The notes under the pieces are model-generated. The model searched no databases. It saw nothing but the letters and a program-made list of their open reading frames with translations, and was not told the DNA's origin. This document shows, piece by piece, positions 52,005-64,000 of a stretch of 64,000 nt of DNA. This DNA is from Tubulanus polymorphus. Lineage: Eukaryota > Animalia > Nemertea. The stretch covers positions 15,410,150 through 15,474,149 of the forward strand of contig NC_134026.1 of NCBI RefSeq assembly GCF_964204645.1, read 5' to 3'. The position numbers and the translations under genes were made by a program. Each line of letters opens with the position of its first letter. The first letter of the stretch is position 1.

Positions 52005-52310
52005 AACCGGTCGTTGGTCGGCCTTGTGACAGCTTGCGGCGTCATTCACTGCAGCCACCAGCGATGATTGTGTCGCAACGACTCATCGACCTACGCTCCC
52101 TTGCGACGGGTTGCGACTGTCAGCAACGCCAGTCATAAGGAGTCGCACGTGTTCTACTTTCTGCGACGCGATGCGACTGTTACAACCGACCTATGCGCTC
52201 TTGCGACTGGCAGAAACTCTTCGCTCACAGTCGCTGACAATCGTATCGCAACCGTCTTGCGATGCAACGCGAGGATCGCATCGCGTCACAAGGCCAACCT
52301 ACATCCGGCT
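52005..52310. mobile_element. PIF/Harbinger-like MITE, ~306 bp
   Basis: TIR aaccggtcgttggtcggccttgtgac / gtcacaaggccaacctacatccggct; flanks tta and ata; interior rich in tgcgac/gtcgca. Confidence 0.65.
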
Positions 52311-52339
52311 ATAAGTTACTGCCGAGCCCCAGAAATATC

Positions 52340-53604
52340 TTTTTTAGCCCTCTTGGGACTTAAGTCCCAGCGGGCTATTGCGTCCGTCCGTCCGTCCGTC
52401 CATCCGTCCGTAGACGGAATCCAGTTATTTTGGGAAGTTTTGAAGACGCTTCAAGGTAATGTCTTGATATTTGGGTTACACATGTATCTACCCTAGACAC
52501 ATCTTCAGCCCAAAAACTGGCCCTGTCAGATTCAAGATGGCCGACTGGCAGCCATTGTTGTTCGCCAAAATCAGCACTTTTTACACATTTTTGAACTTTT
52601 TGAGGGAAATTTTGAAGACGCTTTGATCAATTACCTTGATCTTTTGGATATTTGTGAATTCCCTCAGGGCCCATCAGCATAACAAAAATTGGGTCGATCG
52701 GACCCAAGATGGCCGTCCTATGACCTTTTTAGTGCCCAAAAATGTTAATTTTGGCCCAAATTCTGAGTCCTGTAGCTTCCTACTGGTTTATCATTTCTCA
52801 TTGCAATTTGTGATGGGTATTCTTTGGAAAGGGATGTTTTATACCTGAGCCAGGTATTTTTCATCAGCCAATTATGACGCAATTGGCGGCCATCTTGGTG
52901 TCAGCAGTACTCATTTGTAAGTGGGAAAAAGTTTTTCCACATTATATTGATACCTAAGCGTATTTTGTTACCACAATCATATAGAACGTTGTAGCTCATA
53001 ACGTGTTCTATGATTGTGGTGAGTTTCAAGGTCATTGGTTTTTGTATATGGCCACCAGGGGGCGTTGAATAATGCAATATCTTAGTATTTCTATATTATA
53101 TTCGTATCAATGCATATTTTGTAACCACAATCAATTGCAAAGTTGTAGCTCATGACATCATCTATGATTGTGGCAAGTTTTAAGGCCATTAGTTATTCTA
53201 TATGGTCACCAGGGGGCGTTGAATAGTAGAATAACTTAGTATTTCCTTATTATATTGGTACCTAGGCATATTTTGTTACCATGATCGATAACAAAGTTAT
53301 AGTTCGTGACATGTTCTATGATTGTGGTGAGTTTCGAGGTCATTGGGTTTTGAATATGGTCACCAGGGGGCGTTGAATAGTAGAATAACTTAGTATTTCC
53401 ATATTAAAGTGGTAACGAGGCATATTTTGTTATCACAATCAATTACAAAATCGTAGCTGCTGACATGTTCTATGATTGTGGTGAGTTTCGAGGTCATTGG
53501 ATTCTGTATATGGTCACCAGGGGGCGTTGAATATTGAAATTGTTAGATTGTTGAGCATTTGGAACCACTTCCCAAGTGGGCATGGTGTCCCTGGACCCCA
53601 AGTT
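52340..53604 (+). mobile_element. Helentron/DINE-like family A, intact reference copy (~1.26 kb)
   Basis: 5' hairpin and subTIR, (gtcc)n, ccagggggcgttgaa at 53055, 53209, 53363 and 53517 (154-bp period), 3' subTIR and hairpin, T-rich flanks, no TSD. Confidence 0.92.
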
Positions 53605-55816
53605 TTCGTTCAAAAGACCTTTCGCTTGAAAATTATTTCGTCGGAACAAAATTTATTTCATTCGAACCAATAATATTCTGTTCGATTGAACCAATTTGAA
53701 AAAATCGTTAGAACAAAGTTGAACAAACTTTTTTTGTCCAAACGAAAGGTTTTTCCTTCGAACAATCGTTCGATCGAACAGAATCATTTTAATTTGAACA
53801 GAATTTTCTTGTCAGAACATTAAGTTTTTCGTTCCAACAAGTATATTGGAAAAATGTTTTTCTCCGAACCAAAAGTATTAAGTATTTCGTTCAAGCGAAC
53901 AGAATTGTTTTCATTCAAACATTCGTTCGAAAAAATTGTTTTCGCTCAACCAAATTTTTTTGCCGGGACAAAAAGTTTTTCATTTCAATAATAATATAGC
54001 TTTTTATTCAAACACATTTTTTGTCAGAATGAAGAAAATTATTGGTTCAAACAAAAAGCGTTCGATCAAACAGAATTGTTTTCATTCGAACAAGATTTTC
54101 TTGTCAGATCGTTAAGCGTGTTAAGGTCGTTTTGGAAATTTACTCGGTGTGGTATATTTTGGATTACCGTGTATGTCATTTGTCAGGACATTAAACGGAA
54201 GATGACTAAGGATACTACCTTGCATGACTCCACTAGTCAGACCGACTTATTCCAAGATGAGACAGTTTCGTTCAATTCGGCCATCTGTTTTCATTCTGAG
54301 AAATATGCTGAGCCATTTAAGCGACCCATCATTGATACTGTTTCCGAATAGCTTATTTAGTAATCGCTGATGTTCGACCTTATCAAATCTTTTTTGAAAT
54401 CCATAAAGATTAATTGAGGCCTAACAGTCCATTTTCCAGAGTCAAATAACCATCTGGTCCAGTCATCCATGATTTCAAAGTAGGCCTCATTGACTGTTTG
54501 TCAACTGTCCTTTTATAAAACCGTTTTGACAGTTGAACAGGATTCTAACTTCCCTTCGATTTTTATGGCATGTTGCGGCTGCATCAGCTTACACACAATC
54601 GTCGACACAATATTCAGACAAGATCAAGAATATGAACGAGGATGTGCAGAAAACCCGTTATCGCTGCTTGGCAGCTATATTTGATATAAATATCTTAGCT
54701 GGGACATGCTGGAAATCATCAGAATACAATCATAACTGTTTCGTCTTTAACGGGAACGCATTAATGAGGCTTTACAGTCCAAGTAGCGCAGGCTTTCAAT
54801 CGTTCGGCAAAAATATGAAATTCATTTTCAGCATAATGAAAATCGTACATTGACAAATGAACCTGGTCCTCCCAACCAACATTGTCATTGAACATTTGCT
54901 GGTAGATGTAAAACATTAACCACTTAATACATTTACTATTGTATATATCTACCAAGGTTCAAGGCCCATGGGTTTAAAAATATCACTGAGGGGCTAACTG
55001 TTGATAAATGTTTAATTTGAAAATTTTCTTTGATATTTCAATGAAAAAAAAATCAATTTGTTTTTCAATTCGTTATTCATTCCAAGAAATCGAGACAAGT
55101 CGCCTCTTCGCTACCACAGGTAATGAAACTCCCCTCACCAGAGCATTTTCCCAAATTTTAACATATTTTCGTGTTTTCATTTAGGTCTCAGAAAATACTA
55201 AAAATGACAAACCACGTATATTGTTAACACTAAGATCATCAGCTATCAGTTGGTATTGTTTATAATCAGATCGGTGAAATCGGAAATCGATCACCAATAA
55301 TAATTGATCCATTTTTGATCAATTTGTGGATCAATCAATGGATTTTGATCAGATGACTTGTATTCATCCCTTCTTTGCACTTTCTGGCTCATAGTCGTCT
55401 TAAATCATTGATAGCGCATTATCCACACTAAATCTGGACCAGGATGACATTTTATAGCAATAATGTACAGATAAATAAAACTCGGTGAATTCGCCCATAA
55501 ATTGGCAAATTTTCTCACTCGTGCATAAATTCAATTCAATTCAGTTCAGTATTTGAGGCATTGAATAAATGGGCCAACTATGAGTAAAAAGTGAAACTAA
55601 ACTGATGGAGACAATTATGTAACATGGCTACACACCAGCGGTGTAATGACTCACCACACCAGCCACACATATTTGCAACTTGAATATATGTCATGCATGG
55701 TCGGAGAAGGCCATTATTTGCGATGGAAATATACACAAGTGGTAATGAAGAGGTTAATACATCTGTCATTTTATCTGCCAATTGATCATTATATGCCTTT
55801 TTCGTTCACTTTTCAG

Positions 55817-55914
55817 GATATGGTTAACAGACGAATAAGTATGGACATGATGATGACTGCTGCTAAAGAACAACGAGGGCGCCAATTCATATTTCTTACA
55901 CCACAGGACACAAG
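55817..55914 (+). CDS. SMC6: SMC6 exon (DMVNRRISMDMMMTAAKEQRGRQFIFLTPQDT)
   Basis: Acceptor cttttcag, donor gttagt; 98 nt, phase 0/2; DMVNRR and RQFIxLTPQ motifs. Confidence 0.96.
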
Positions 55915-56692
55915 GTTAGTGCAGTGTATAAGTAAAATTCGTGCATATAATTTGTGTTCCTTAGATCACGAGCCTACTTTGACACTCACCCCATTGGTTC
56001 ATCCCATTCACTGTAAGGACCCTGTATAGGGGAGTTCTTTGTAAGTAAGGCATATAAATCTGTCTGCTTTTTTAATGAATCAAATTTGGTATCCGGAAAA
56101 GCTGGCATACAATCCCAATGATATCATTCACATCTTGAACTTGATAAAGGTGGGGCCTTGTGCCCCTGAAAGATTCTCCAGTATGAATTGTATACATCGC
56201 TAACTTATGTCTGCAAACTTATGTCTGATTTGGACTTTTGATCATCTCTATCAACAACCACAGCCCTGCCTCTGGCACTACGCTGCCTATCACCCCTTTT
56301 CTACCAGGGCATCTTCTATCCTTCCTCTGGCAGCATTTGGGATTTCCAACTTGATTAGTGGTTGATGGTTTTTTGGCTATGGCCAGCCATCTTTAGAAGG
56401 TGAGTATTTTGAAGCATTTCATAGATTCTATGTTTATTTTTTCGCAGTTACTAGTGATTTTTATTAGCATCGGTTGACGTCCATGTTAAACCATTGATAG
56501 TAAAATGGATTGTAAGTCTGTAGTCGAAGAATAGCTCAGATGCTTCTCATTTTCATGGGAAATTCAAATTGAAATACTGTTCACGTAAAACATTAGACTC
56601 ATCCGAAAATGTTTCAGATGTAATGTTTCTATTCCCTACAAAATAGAGCCAGATTTATGATTAAATTGTCCAAAAAGGTTTTTCATGTTAGC

Positions 56693-57272
56693 TCACTTGT
56701 TATGTCGGAAATTAGGGGCAATCGCATAATGTTTCTGCTTGCAACAGTTTTAGCATCATTTACCCTATTAGTATTGGCCATATACCCACCCACTGTACTG
56801 ATCCAGAAATCGAAATTTTGGTGATTATACGAAAACCCTTGGTATAAAGATGACGTAAGTGATATGAAAAGGGGTATTGTGCCCACAGAGAACTTGTGGC
56901 AAAATATTTTGGTGATAAAAAAGTTAATTCTTATACATATTATGTGTGTGTCACATGACCTAACATAACCTATATAGTTTTTCAGAAAAACTAAAACCCC
57001 TGGTGTATAGATGTCGTAAGTGTCACAAGTTATGTCGGAAATTAGGGGCAATCGCATAATGTATCTGCTTGCAACAGTTATGGCATCATTAACCCTTTCA
57101 GTATTGGCCCTAAACCCACCCACTGTACTGAGCCAGAAATCGAAATTTTTATGATTATGCTAGAACCCTTGGTATAAAGATGATGTAAGTGTTACGAAAG
57201 GGGGTACTGTTCTTATACTAATTATGTGCGTCACATGACCTAATTACCATAATTCATATAGTTTTTCAGAAA
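56693..57272. repeat. Tandem duplication, 330-bp period (~1.75 copies)
   Basis: gttatgtcggaaattaggggcaatcgcataatg recurs at ~56699 and ~57029. Confidence 0.88.
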
Positions 57273-57588
57273 AAGCTCCAACAAAATTCGGATATCTTAC
57301 CAAATTACTAAACAAAGCCTGCTTTTCAATTCTGCAGTATGTTCCGATGATTATCTGAGAATTTGATGGTAAAATTCCCTTTGATGAAAATATTATGGCT
57401 AATCTGTTTATGAAGGTATTGATGAATACAGATAGCAATGATTTTTTTCATTCAGTAGGTCTAAGGGTACCTTAGGCCTAGTGACATAGATACTTATATG
57501 ATAAGCAATTAGGATTTCATTTCAAGTAAATAACGAAAAAAATTATTTCTCAATCTTTACATAGACTGATTCTAAGTGGAGAATACAA

Positions 57589-57787
57589 CCCAGTTGGCAC
57601 ATCAATGTTGAATCAACATTGATGTCATGTTTCGATATCGTCTGTACATTGATTTTTAAAAGTGAATCGACGTTCATAGTCCAACAAGAAATAAGCGTAT
57701 AAAACAACCAATATCCAACTAGATTTCAACCAAATTATAACCTGATTGTCCGACGTCGTATCAACATGGAATAACAACCATGCCTGA
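57589..57787. mobile_element. Short EnSpm/CACTA-like (CCCAG-ended) MITE; partial second copy at ~49585-49705
   Basis: Starts cccagttggcac, has caacgt/acgttg-like subterminal motifs; ~120 bp shared between the two sites. Confidence 0.5.
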
Positions 57788-60700
57788 ATGATGACTGAAA
57801 TTCTCCAAAAATTTACCGCGACTGCCTTCTTCCTTGCCTCGAATGAACCAAAATGGCCGCGACGTTGTTACATCAATCGATTAACTTTGGTCGATGGTGT
57901 TCGAATCCCGCAATTTGATTGTTGTTTGTAAATAAGATATACTGAATATTTAAGGAAATGAATTCAAAGAATAAAACTTTCAATGTTTTTGGGTATGTAA
58001 TAAAGCATGAAGAAGATGCCTGGAGATTTCCAAATTCCTAGATTTTAAAATTGATAAATATATCTATACTATAATGGGTACAATGTCATTTTTCATATCT
58101 ATTTTGCTTGAAATCTATTCATTGTTTGGTTGTGAAACTTGGCACGCACACAGAGGAATAGATTATCATGGTAAAGATAACAATTTTATTTTGATCCAGG
58201 GTCTAATTTCACCCGAATTTAAATCCCCAAGATCACAGTATATTCAAGAAGTTGGCAGTAGATGACATGTACATATGCGCGTGTATTTTATTATCTGTTA
58301 CTGCAGTGTTGTGTGGGATGTTTGACCCAATTTGCACCCGACGGGCTTAACACAATAATAGAATTCACTGAGCCATTTGTATCCCTTTACAGAGCACTGC
58401 AAACAAGTCACTCTCAGCACAGGGTGAACAAATTTCTAAACAAATATTCATTGTGAGGCATAGTAAGGATCCAGGAATAGAAGGGCATGTCACATTTTCC
58501 AGGCTTCTGGGGGATATGTTGCTTGAGGGGAATGTTGAGAAAGGGGAGAGGAAAAATTGCTTGAATTTTAATTGGAAAGGTTAATTGGGATTTTGTGAGG
58601 CTGGCATTTAGGGAGCCTATCAAAATTTAGGAGGGGGTATATCGGGCCCACAAACAGCATTCGCCCTCGGTACTGGGTGAACAAATCGCAAACATATTTA
58701 CTGTTATAGATCAAGGAATTGAGGGGCACGTCGTGACATTGCTTGATGAGATTGAATTGGAAAGGTCAATCAGGATGTATTATGCTGACATTTATCTAAG
58801 GAGCCGCGCATAATTTTCCAACCTATCTAAGATGTGTATTTTTGCTTATTATTCAGTAAACTATCACCCAAGGCTATCACTCCTGGTACAACTTTTCAAA
58901 ACTTTTAGCCTCATTTTCTTGTAAGATTGAGCAATAAAAAAGGGTTTTTGAAATTTTTAGCCCACTTGGGACCTGGATAAGAAAAATTGGTTCGATCGCC
59001 ACGAGATGGCTGTCCTATGACCTTTTTTGTGCCCAAAAATGTCAGCCTAGGCCCAAATTCTGAGTCCTGTAGCTTCAGCTACTGGTGTGTAATTTCTCAT
59101 TGCAATTTTTTTAAAGGTCGATACTGAACAAAGTCCCACAGAAGCTGAATTAGTAAGAAGGACTAACAGTTTTGTCAAGAAGTCTGTCTTGGTTGATTTA
59201 ATTGTCATGTCTCAAATCATGTGAAATGAAAGCGAAGTCTTCATAATGATCTCTTTAATGATCTCTTTAATGATCATAATGATAAAACATTACCAAATAA
59301 AGATAAAGCGGTCAGAAGATGAAACTGTGAAACATTCTATTTACGCAGTAATTAGCAGTCAAAGTTCGGTATTTTTTCGGGAATATATGTTCCATCCAGA
59401 AAATGAATACCTCATTCTGCAGAGATCACATGGGCTCTTTCAGCTTATCACTGCTCTTCAACGGGTAGGCCGCGGCCTGCATGATCACACTTGTGACGTC
59501 ATTGTGAGAAAGCTGTGCTCTGATTGGTTGTTCAGGGAATACCCTCAGCAGCTGGGGTATTCCCAAACAACCAGTTTAGCTGAACAAGAAATTGCACAAG
59601 GGATACACGCCATTTTGACGTCTTGGGTAAGTGAAGTTAAAATTTTTTGCTGAATATGGTAGAATTATCTAATGTAGTGTAAGAATCCAGTTAAGTATGG
59701 CAATGCTGGGTCCAATGTTGATGGAATTCTGACTTTGATTTATTCCGTCAATGTCTGAAGCACACAAAATTCTTAAAAAAGTAAATTAAACAACCTGACA
59801 ACTGTGGTGTTAGCTGGTGTTTTCTGTCGATTTCTAGCGACAAACCCTCATCTACCTAGGCTAATGATCATCGGAGCTACTTTGCATCGATATCAAAGTA
59901 TGCAGCGTAATTTTTTGTTGCATGTGGTTTATTTTCATCCGCATTTGTGTGCCCTTCTTATAAGTATTAATTAACAAATTCAAATCTCAACTTAATTTAT
60001 TTTGCCTGGGAGACGATCTGCTCTCAACCGCGTATGGGCCTATGTAACCATAAAATGAGTGAAATATTTATTTTTTTCAGGATTCCTGCTTAGGTGAGTT
60101 TTTTTTTTCAGTATTTCTGTCATTTCAATATGGGACGGGGGCAAGTTATTGTGACAGTTGTAGACTTGAATGGGGTTGGGGAGATGAATGAAAATGGCTT
60201 GGCCGGGCGGAAGCGTTTGCCCAAATTTTTCTTAGGTCTAACTAAATTGGTACATTTCGATTGTTTCAGATTTGTCAAATGGATGTTGAATGATACGTAC
60301 AATCCCTATCTACACTAGACAGGTTTCTATTCGTCTATACTACAGCAAACACCACTTTCCTCGGAATAGCTTCGATGCGATTGAAGACAAGACGAAACCT
60401 CCGGCGATGACATGGTCAACTGAGTTAAAATTCTACAAAAAAACTGTTTTTGGCGGGAAAATTCTTATTTCTCGCATTTAAAATTGCAATGACCTCGATT
60501 GGGGGGCGTCATCTCTACGAGTGAATGGGATTAGCTGTTTTTGGGATATACGGGGAATTCCGGCGCTACTAAAATAATTATTGGAAAGCCATAGAATGGC
60601 GTATGTTTCATTGGAATAGGTGCCGTATATGTGCGAATTTCAAATGCTCATTGCTGGTGAGGATGTTATTGTTTTACACATCCGCCATAGGTATTGTTTC

Positions 60701-61044
60701 ATTTCAATACCCGGTGATTGTGTTGATTGACATTGAAGTGTAAGCGAACATTCACTTACACGAGGCCTGCACGTGCGCGCGGAGCGCTACACGACACACA
60801 CACAAGCTCGTACAGTACACTACTAGAATTTGTAATTTCTTGTGACCTGAATATATTAAGCAGCAAACTACAAGTATAGGTCGAGGTCTGAATATTATAG
60901 ACATGAATTCCAGGATTTAAAACGATCTAATAGCCGATTTCTTCTGTACCGGTATTTTAACTTCCGCGCCCAACATTGGAAGAGGTTTCGAAGGCCCAAT
61001 ATTCAGCCACCCTGTGATATGTGACATCATGAATATGAATTTTA

Positions 61045-61613
61045 GGCCATCCCATATTAATGGTCAGTTTACCGTAACCCGACCGACCCGACTTCAAAGG
61101 TACCGAGTGAAAACTTTTTTTCTGAGATTCATTGAAATAAATTTTATTTTTGATAAAACCGACCCCCACTGCCGACGAAGGAGCTACGTATGTTTGAGTA
61201 GGTTTAAGTGTGCATCGTGTGAAAACATGCCTTGACATATGGCCTAATTTAAGTTTTCCAGGAAACTGGCAGTGTTCCAATAAGCTACCATTCATTCTCA
61301 TAGTGACTATATCAAAGCTGGTAACTTTAAAGCGTGCACATATTCAATGTACCGTTTCATTTTTAACACAGAGATGACGCTCTGGACGAAGTTATAATTT
61401 TAGAATAATTCACAAAATCTACGCTATTAGACAAATTTCCCGTGCACAACGTAGATGATTTTTGTGATATTGTTTCCATGTAAAAAAGGTGATAAATTTG
61501 TTGCTTTTTTTTGCCCAAAAATTTTGCAAAAAAAATTTCTACCTACCTACCGACCGTCATCCTGAAAAGTTGAGTCGGTGTTATGGCAAACAGACAATTA
61601 TTTTAGGATGGCT
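61045..61613. mobile_element. Zator-like (or Harbinger-like) MITE with TTA TSD
   Basis: Imperfect ~40-bp TIR ggccatcccatattaatggtcagtttaccgtaac / gttatggcaaacagacaattattttaggatggct; tta on both sides; empty site gaattttatttgaat at ~48728; interior shares ~170 bp with 728-895. Confidence 0.8.
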
Positions 61614-62063
61614 TTATTTGAATATTTTTTTCATATATTGAAACATATTTTTTGAAAATATAAAATAGTTTCCCTGCTGCGCCTACCTGTACCCTACAAA
61701 ATTTTGGACGTGGACCGTAACCAAATGTATATCTTCGGTCTTATTTGACTACAAAGTAATTCTTTAAGAAAGATAAAATACAATATAAACTTGTGGAACT
61801 TTGAAGTCACGAATTAAGAAGATTTCAAGCAATGCCCTTATTCCAAACAACCTCTAGCTTTCAAGGTAAACCACACTTTGCCCATGGGCAATTTATTTTT
61901 ACTTTTAAACAGGTCCTTAAGTATAATTGCTGAAATATTTTATAACGTTACATTATTAACTGTGTTTGTAATGACAAGTAATGTGTTATGATCATGACTT
62001 AAAGTAATGTTTATTATTCATTGAGAGATTTTATTTTGCAATATTTTTGAAAATGTTTCCAAT

Positions 62064-63480
62064 CCCAATACTTTGGATGGGAAAATGGCCGACTGTGGTT
62101 GGGTGACATGTCTTTGAGAGCTCCTGCAATTCAGGAATAATAGTATATTTCCCTGCAGTAATGTAAGTCATAAACTATTCTATCAAAAAGATAGAGATTC
62201 AGGGATTGTTTCAGTGGTATATGGATAAAACTTTTAACTGGATTATGTGGATTTAGCAGTAAATTGTGACATGTTATGGTGAACAGTATATAGTGGAAAT
62301 TTTCAAATTCAAGTGTCAATCTCAAAAGTCTGTGTTTGAGTGTTTCAGTGAACCGTGACTAGTAACTGTGGTGAAAACTTGTGAATATTTGTCTGCGTTT
62401 CCTGGCACTTTGACATTCTCAAAGCCTGTAACATGTCGAACCAAACGAACTTGAAGGATCTACTGAAGCCGAATGATAATAAACCTAGCGACATAAACAA
62501 AAGAAAAAGTCATAAATCAACCGAAATACAAGCTACAAATAGTGAATTGTGTGAATCAAAAAATGAATCAGAAAACTGTCTTGAATCAACAATAAATGGG
62601 GATTCGATTGATCCTAATACTGAGGTCTTCATGGAAGAAAATTTGGGAGAAAGCAACAATGATTTAAATCCAAAAAAAAGGCTCTCGAGGACCTCCTAAA
62701 AAAAAAACGGAAGGAGTGTAGCTCGACAGTTGGCTCAGATTCATCTGTAGAAAGTAGCCTTTCTTTCTTGTGCAAGTCGGTTGAACTTCTTACATCCAAA
62801 ATGGATAGTCTGTCTAACATATAGTCCGAAATCATAGATCAAATGGAGTTAAAACTAAACAAACATTCCGAAATGATTCAAAATCTTGATTTTAGAACAG
62901 AAGAAAGATTGTATGACCTTGAGCAGAAATTTATTGATAAGGACCGAATTATCAATGACTTAAGGTCGGAAAATGCTAATCTGTCGAGAGACTTCAAAAA
63001 TGAGAATAAGATACTTCATAGTGAAATCACTAAAGCACGTAATCTTGCGGTAGAAAACAACCAATATTCCCGCAGAAATCACATCAGACTATTCGGAGTA
63101 TCGGAGAACACCGACGAAAACTGTACAACAGTAGTCACAGAACTTCTTAATGAAAAATTGTCTCTTGCAAAAGAATTAGTAGCACGTTGCTCACCGCGTG
63201 AATTGATGACCCGCAATAAATTTTTTATGAATTTTGCAGTAAGTTACTTTTCAGTACATTGTGTGAGAGAATGCATGGAAGTATGAATGAATCTTCTTTC
63301 TTTTTCTAATGTAACACTTTTTTGGGGGTGGTATATCCTACAAGCTATGCTTTTTTATATCTTCCCCTCTGATAAATTATGTCAATTTATACTGAATTTG
63401 TGCAAAAACATGATAATTTATAAATTGTATATTATTTGTTATAAATTGCTATAATTTTCAGAAAATAAATAAATAATAAA
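62064..63480 (+). mobile_element. Internally deleted LINE: 5' UTR, broken ORF1, 3' UTR and (AATA)n tail
   Basis: aaaatggccg...gagagctcc start; ORF 62843..63286 coiled coil plus ENNQYSRRNHIRLFGVSE (L1/CR1-type ORF1 RRM entry motif); A-rich tail; absent from family B copy 1 (caataaagtttgaat at ~23114). Confidence 0.8.
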
Positions 63481-63921
63481 TAAAGTTTGAATACGTTGGA
63501 CAACCATTTTTAGTCTTCTCCATGAAGTTTTTGCTGTGGCTGTTATTCATCTGCTTTTAAGAGGTATTCATTGGTATGCAGTTTGACACTGGAGTGATTG
63601 GATAGAGCATCAAACATATACCTCAAAAGGAATTACCAGCGAAAAGTTTCAGCTCATGTTGATCTTTGAGAAAATAAGCCCAGAAAACAAGCATATTTTA
63701 GGATCAAGACAGTATTGAATTCTAAATTACATTTCAGCACAAGTAATGACATATATATTTGTTATTCATGTAAATGTAATTGATACGTTTAAAAACACTG
63801 ATCCAGCCCGCCCAGCCAGTCGGGACCTGTTCCGTTTCCCAAACTGGAACTTCCAATTACCTCAATGAAGTCTCAAGGTCCATGGGTCTCTTGTTAATAT
63901 AATCGTTTTTTTCTGTTTTAG

Positions 63922-64000
63922 TCACCTGAAACTGGGCAGCGATGTCTGTGTGTACCGTATGTCTGATCCAGAGCGTGGCCAAGGAAGAATTATCACAAAT
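63922..64000 (+). CDS. SMC6: SMC6 probable last coding exon (S-HLKLGSDVCVYRMSDPERGQGRIITN...), running off the window end
   Basis: Acceptor ttctgttttag; completes split codon AG|T; RMSDPERGQ matches the SMC6 C-terminus. Confidence 0.93.

Larger units (their letters stand above)
59233..63894 (+). mobile_element. Long composite repeat family B, copy 2
   Basis: Collinear with copy 1; ends ctcaaggtccatgggtctcttgtt, ~28 nt before the last exon. Confidence 0.7.

Noticed and set aside
57850-57915. B-box-like gttcgaatccc suggesting a tRNA or SINE
   Set aside because: No cloverleaf, no convincing A box, no second copy in the window.

Overview
AT-rich eukaryotic (metazoan, probably marine invertebrate) genomic DNA, not a prokaryotic locus, so most of the ORF track is noise. 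One host gene spans the whole window on the + strand: the C-terminal half of SMC6, in nine GT-AG exons (248-304, 2092-2262, 4530-4667, 5944-6059, 15461-15560, 18130-18288, 26374-26526, 55817-55914, 63922->64000). They splice into one uninterrupted frame running from the coiled coil through the LSGGERS signature, the DEFDVYMD Walker B/D-loop and the SDPERGQ C-terminal motif. The introns (up to about 29.3 kb) are filled with nested mobile DNA. These include Helentron/DINE-1-like elements with 154-bp internal tandem arrays, Penelope-like elements with minimal hammerhead ribozymes, a CR1-group LINE interrupted by a DNA element and a Ty3/Gypsy element, and MITEs with 2-, 3-, 6- and 9-bp target duplications. 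Three things stand out. First, a degenerate SGNH/GDSL-hydrolase-like extra ORF lies between integrase and the 3' LTR of the Gypsy element. Second, an unrelated SGNH-bearing Penelope/Neptune-like ORF1 fragment sits about 7 kb away. Third, a 2.2-kb element with ~0.44-0.58-kb terminal inverted repeats has an AT target duplication. All family assignments come from reading motifs by eye; no database search was run.
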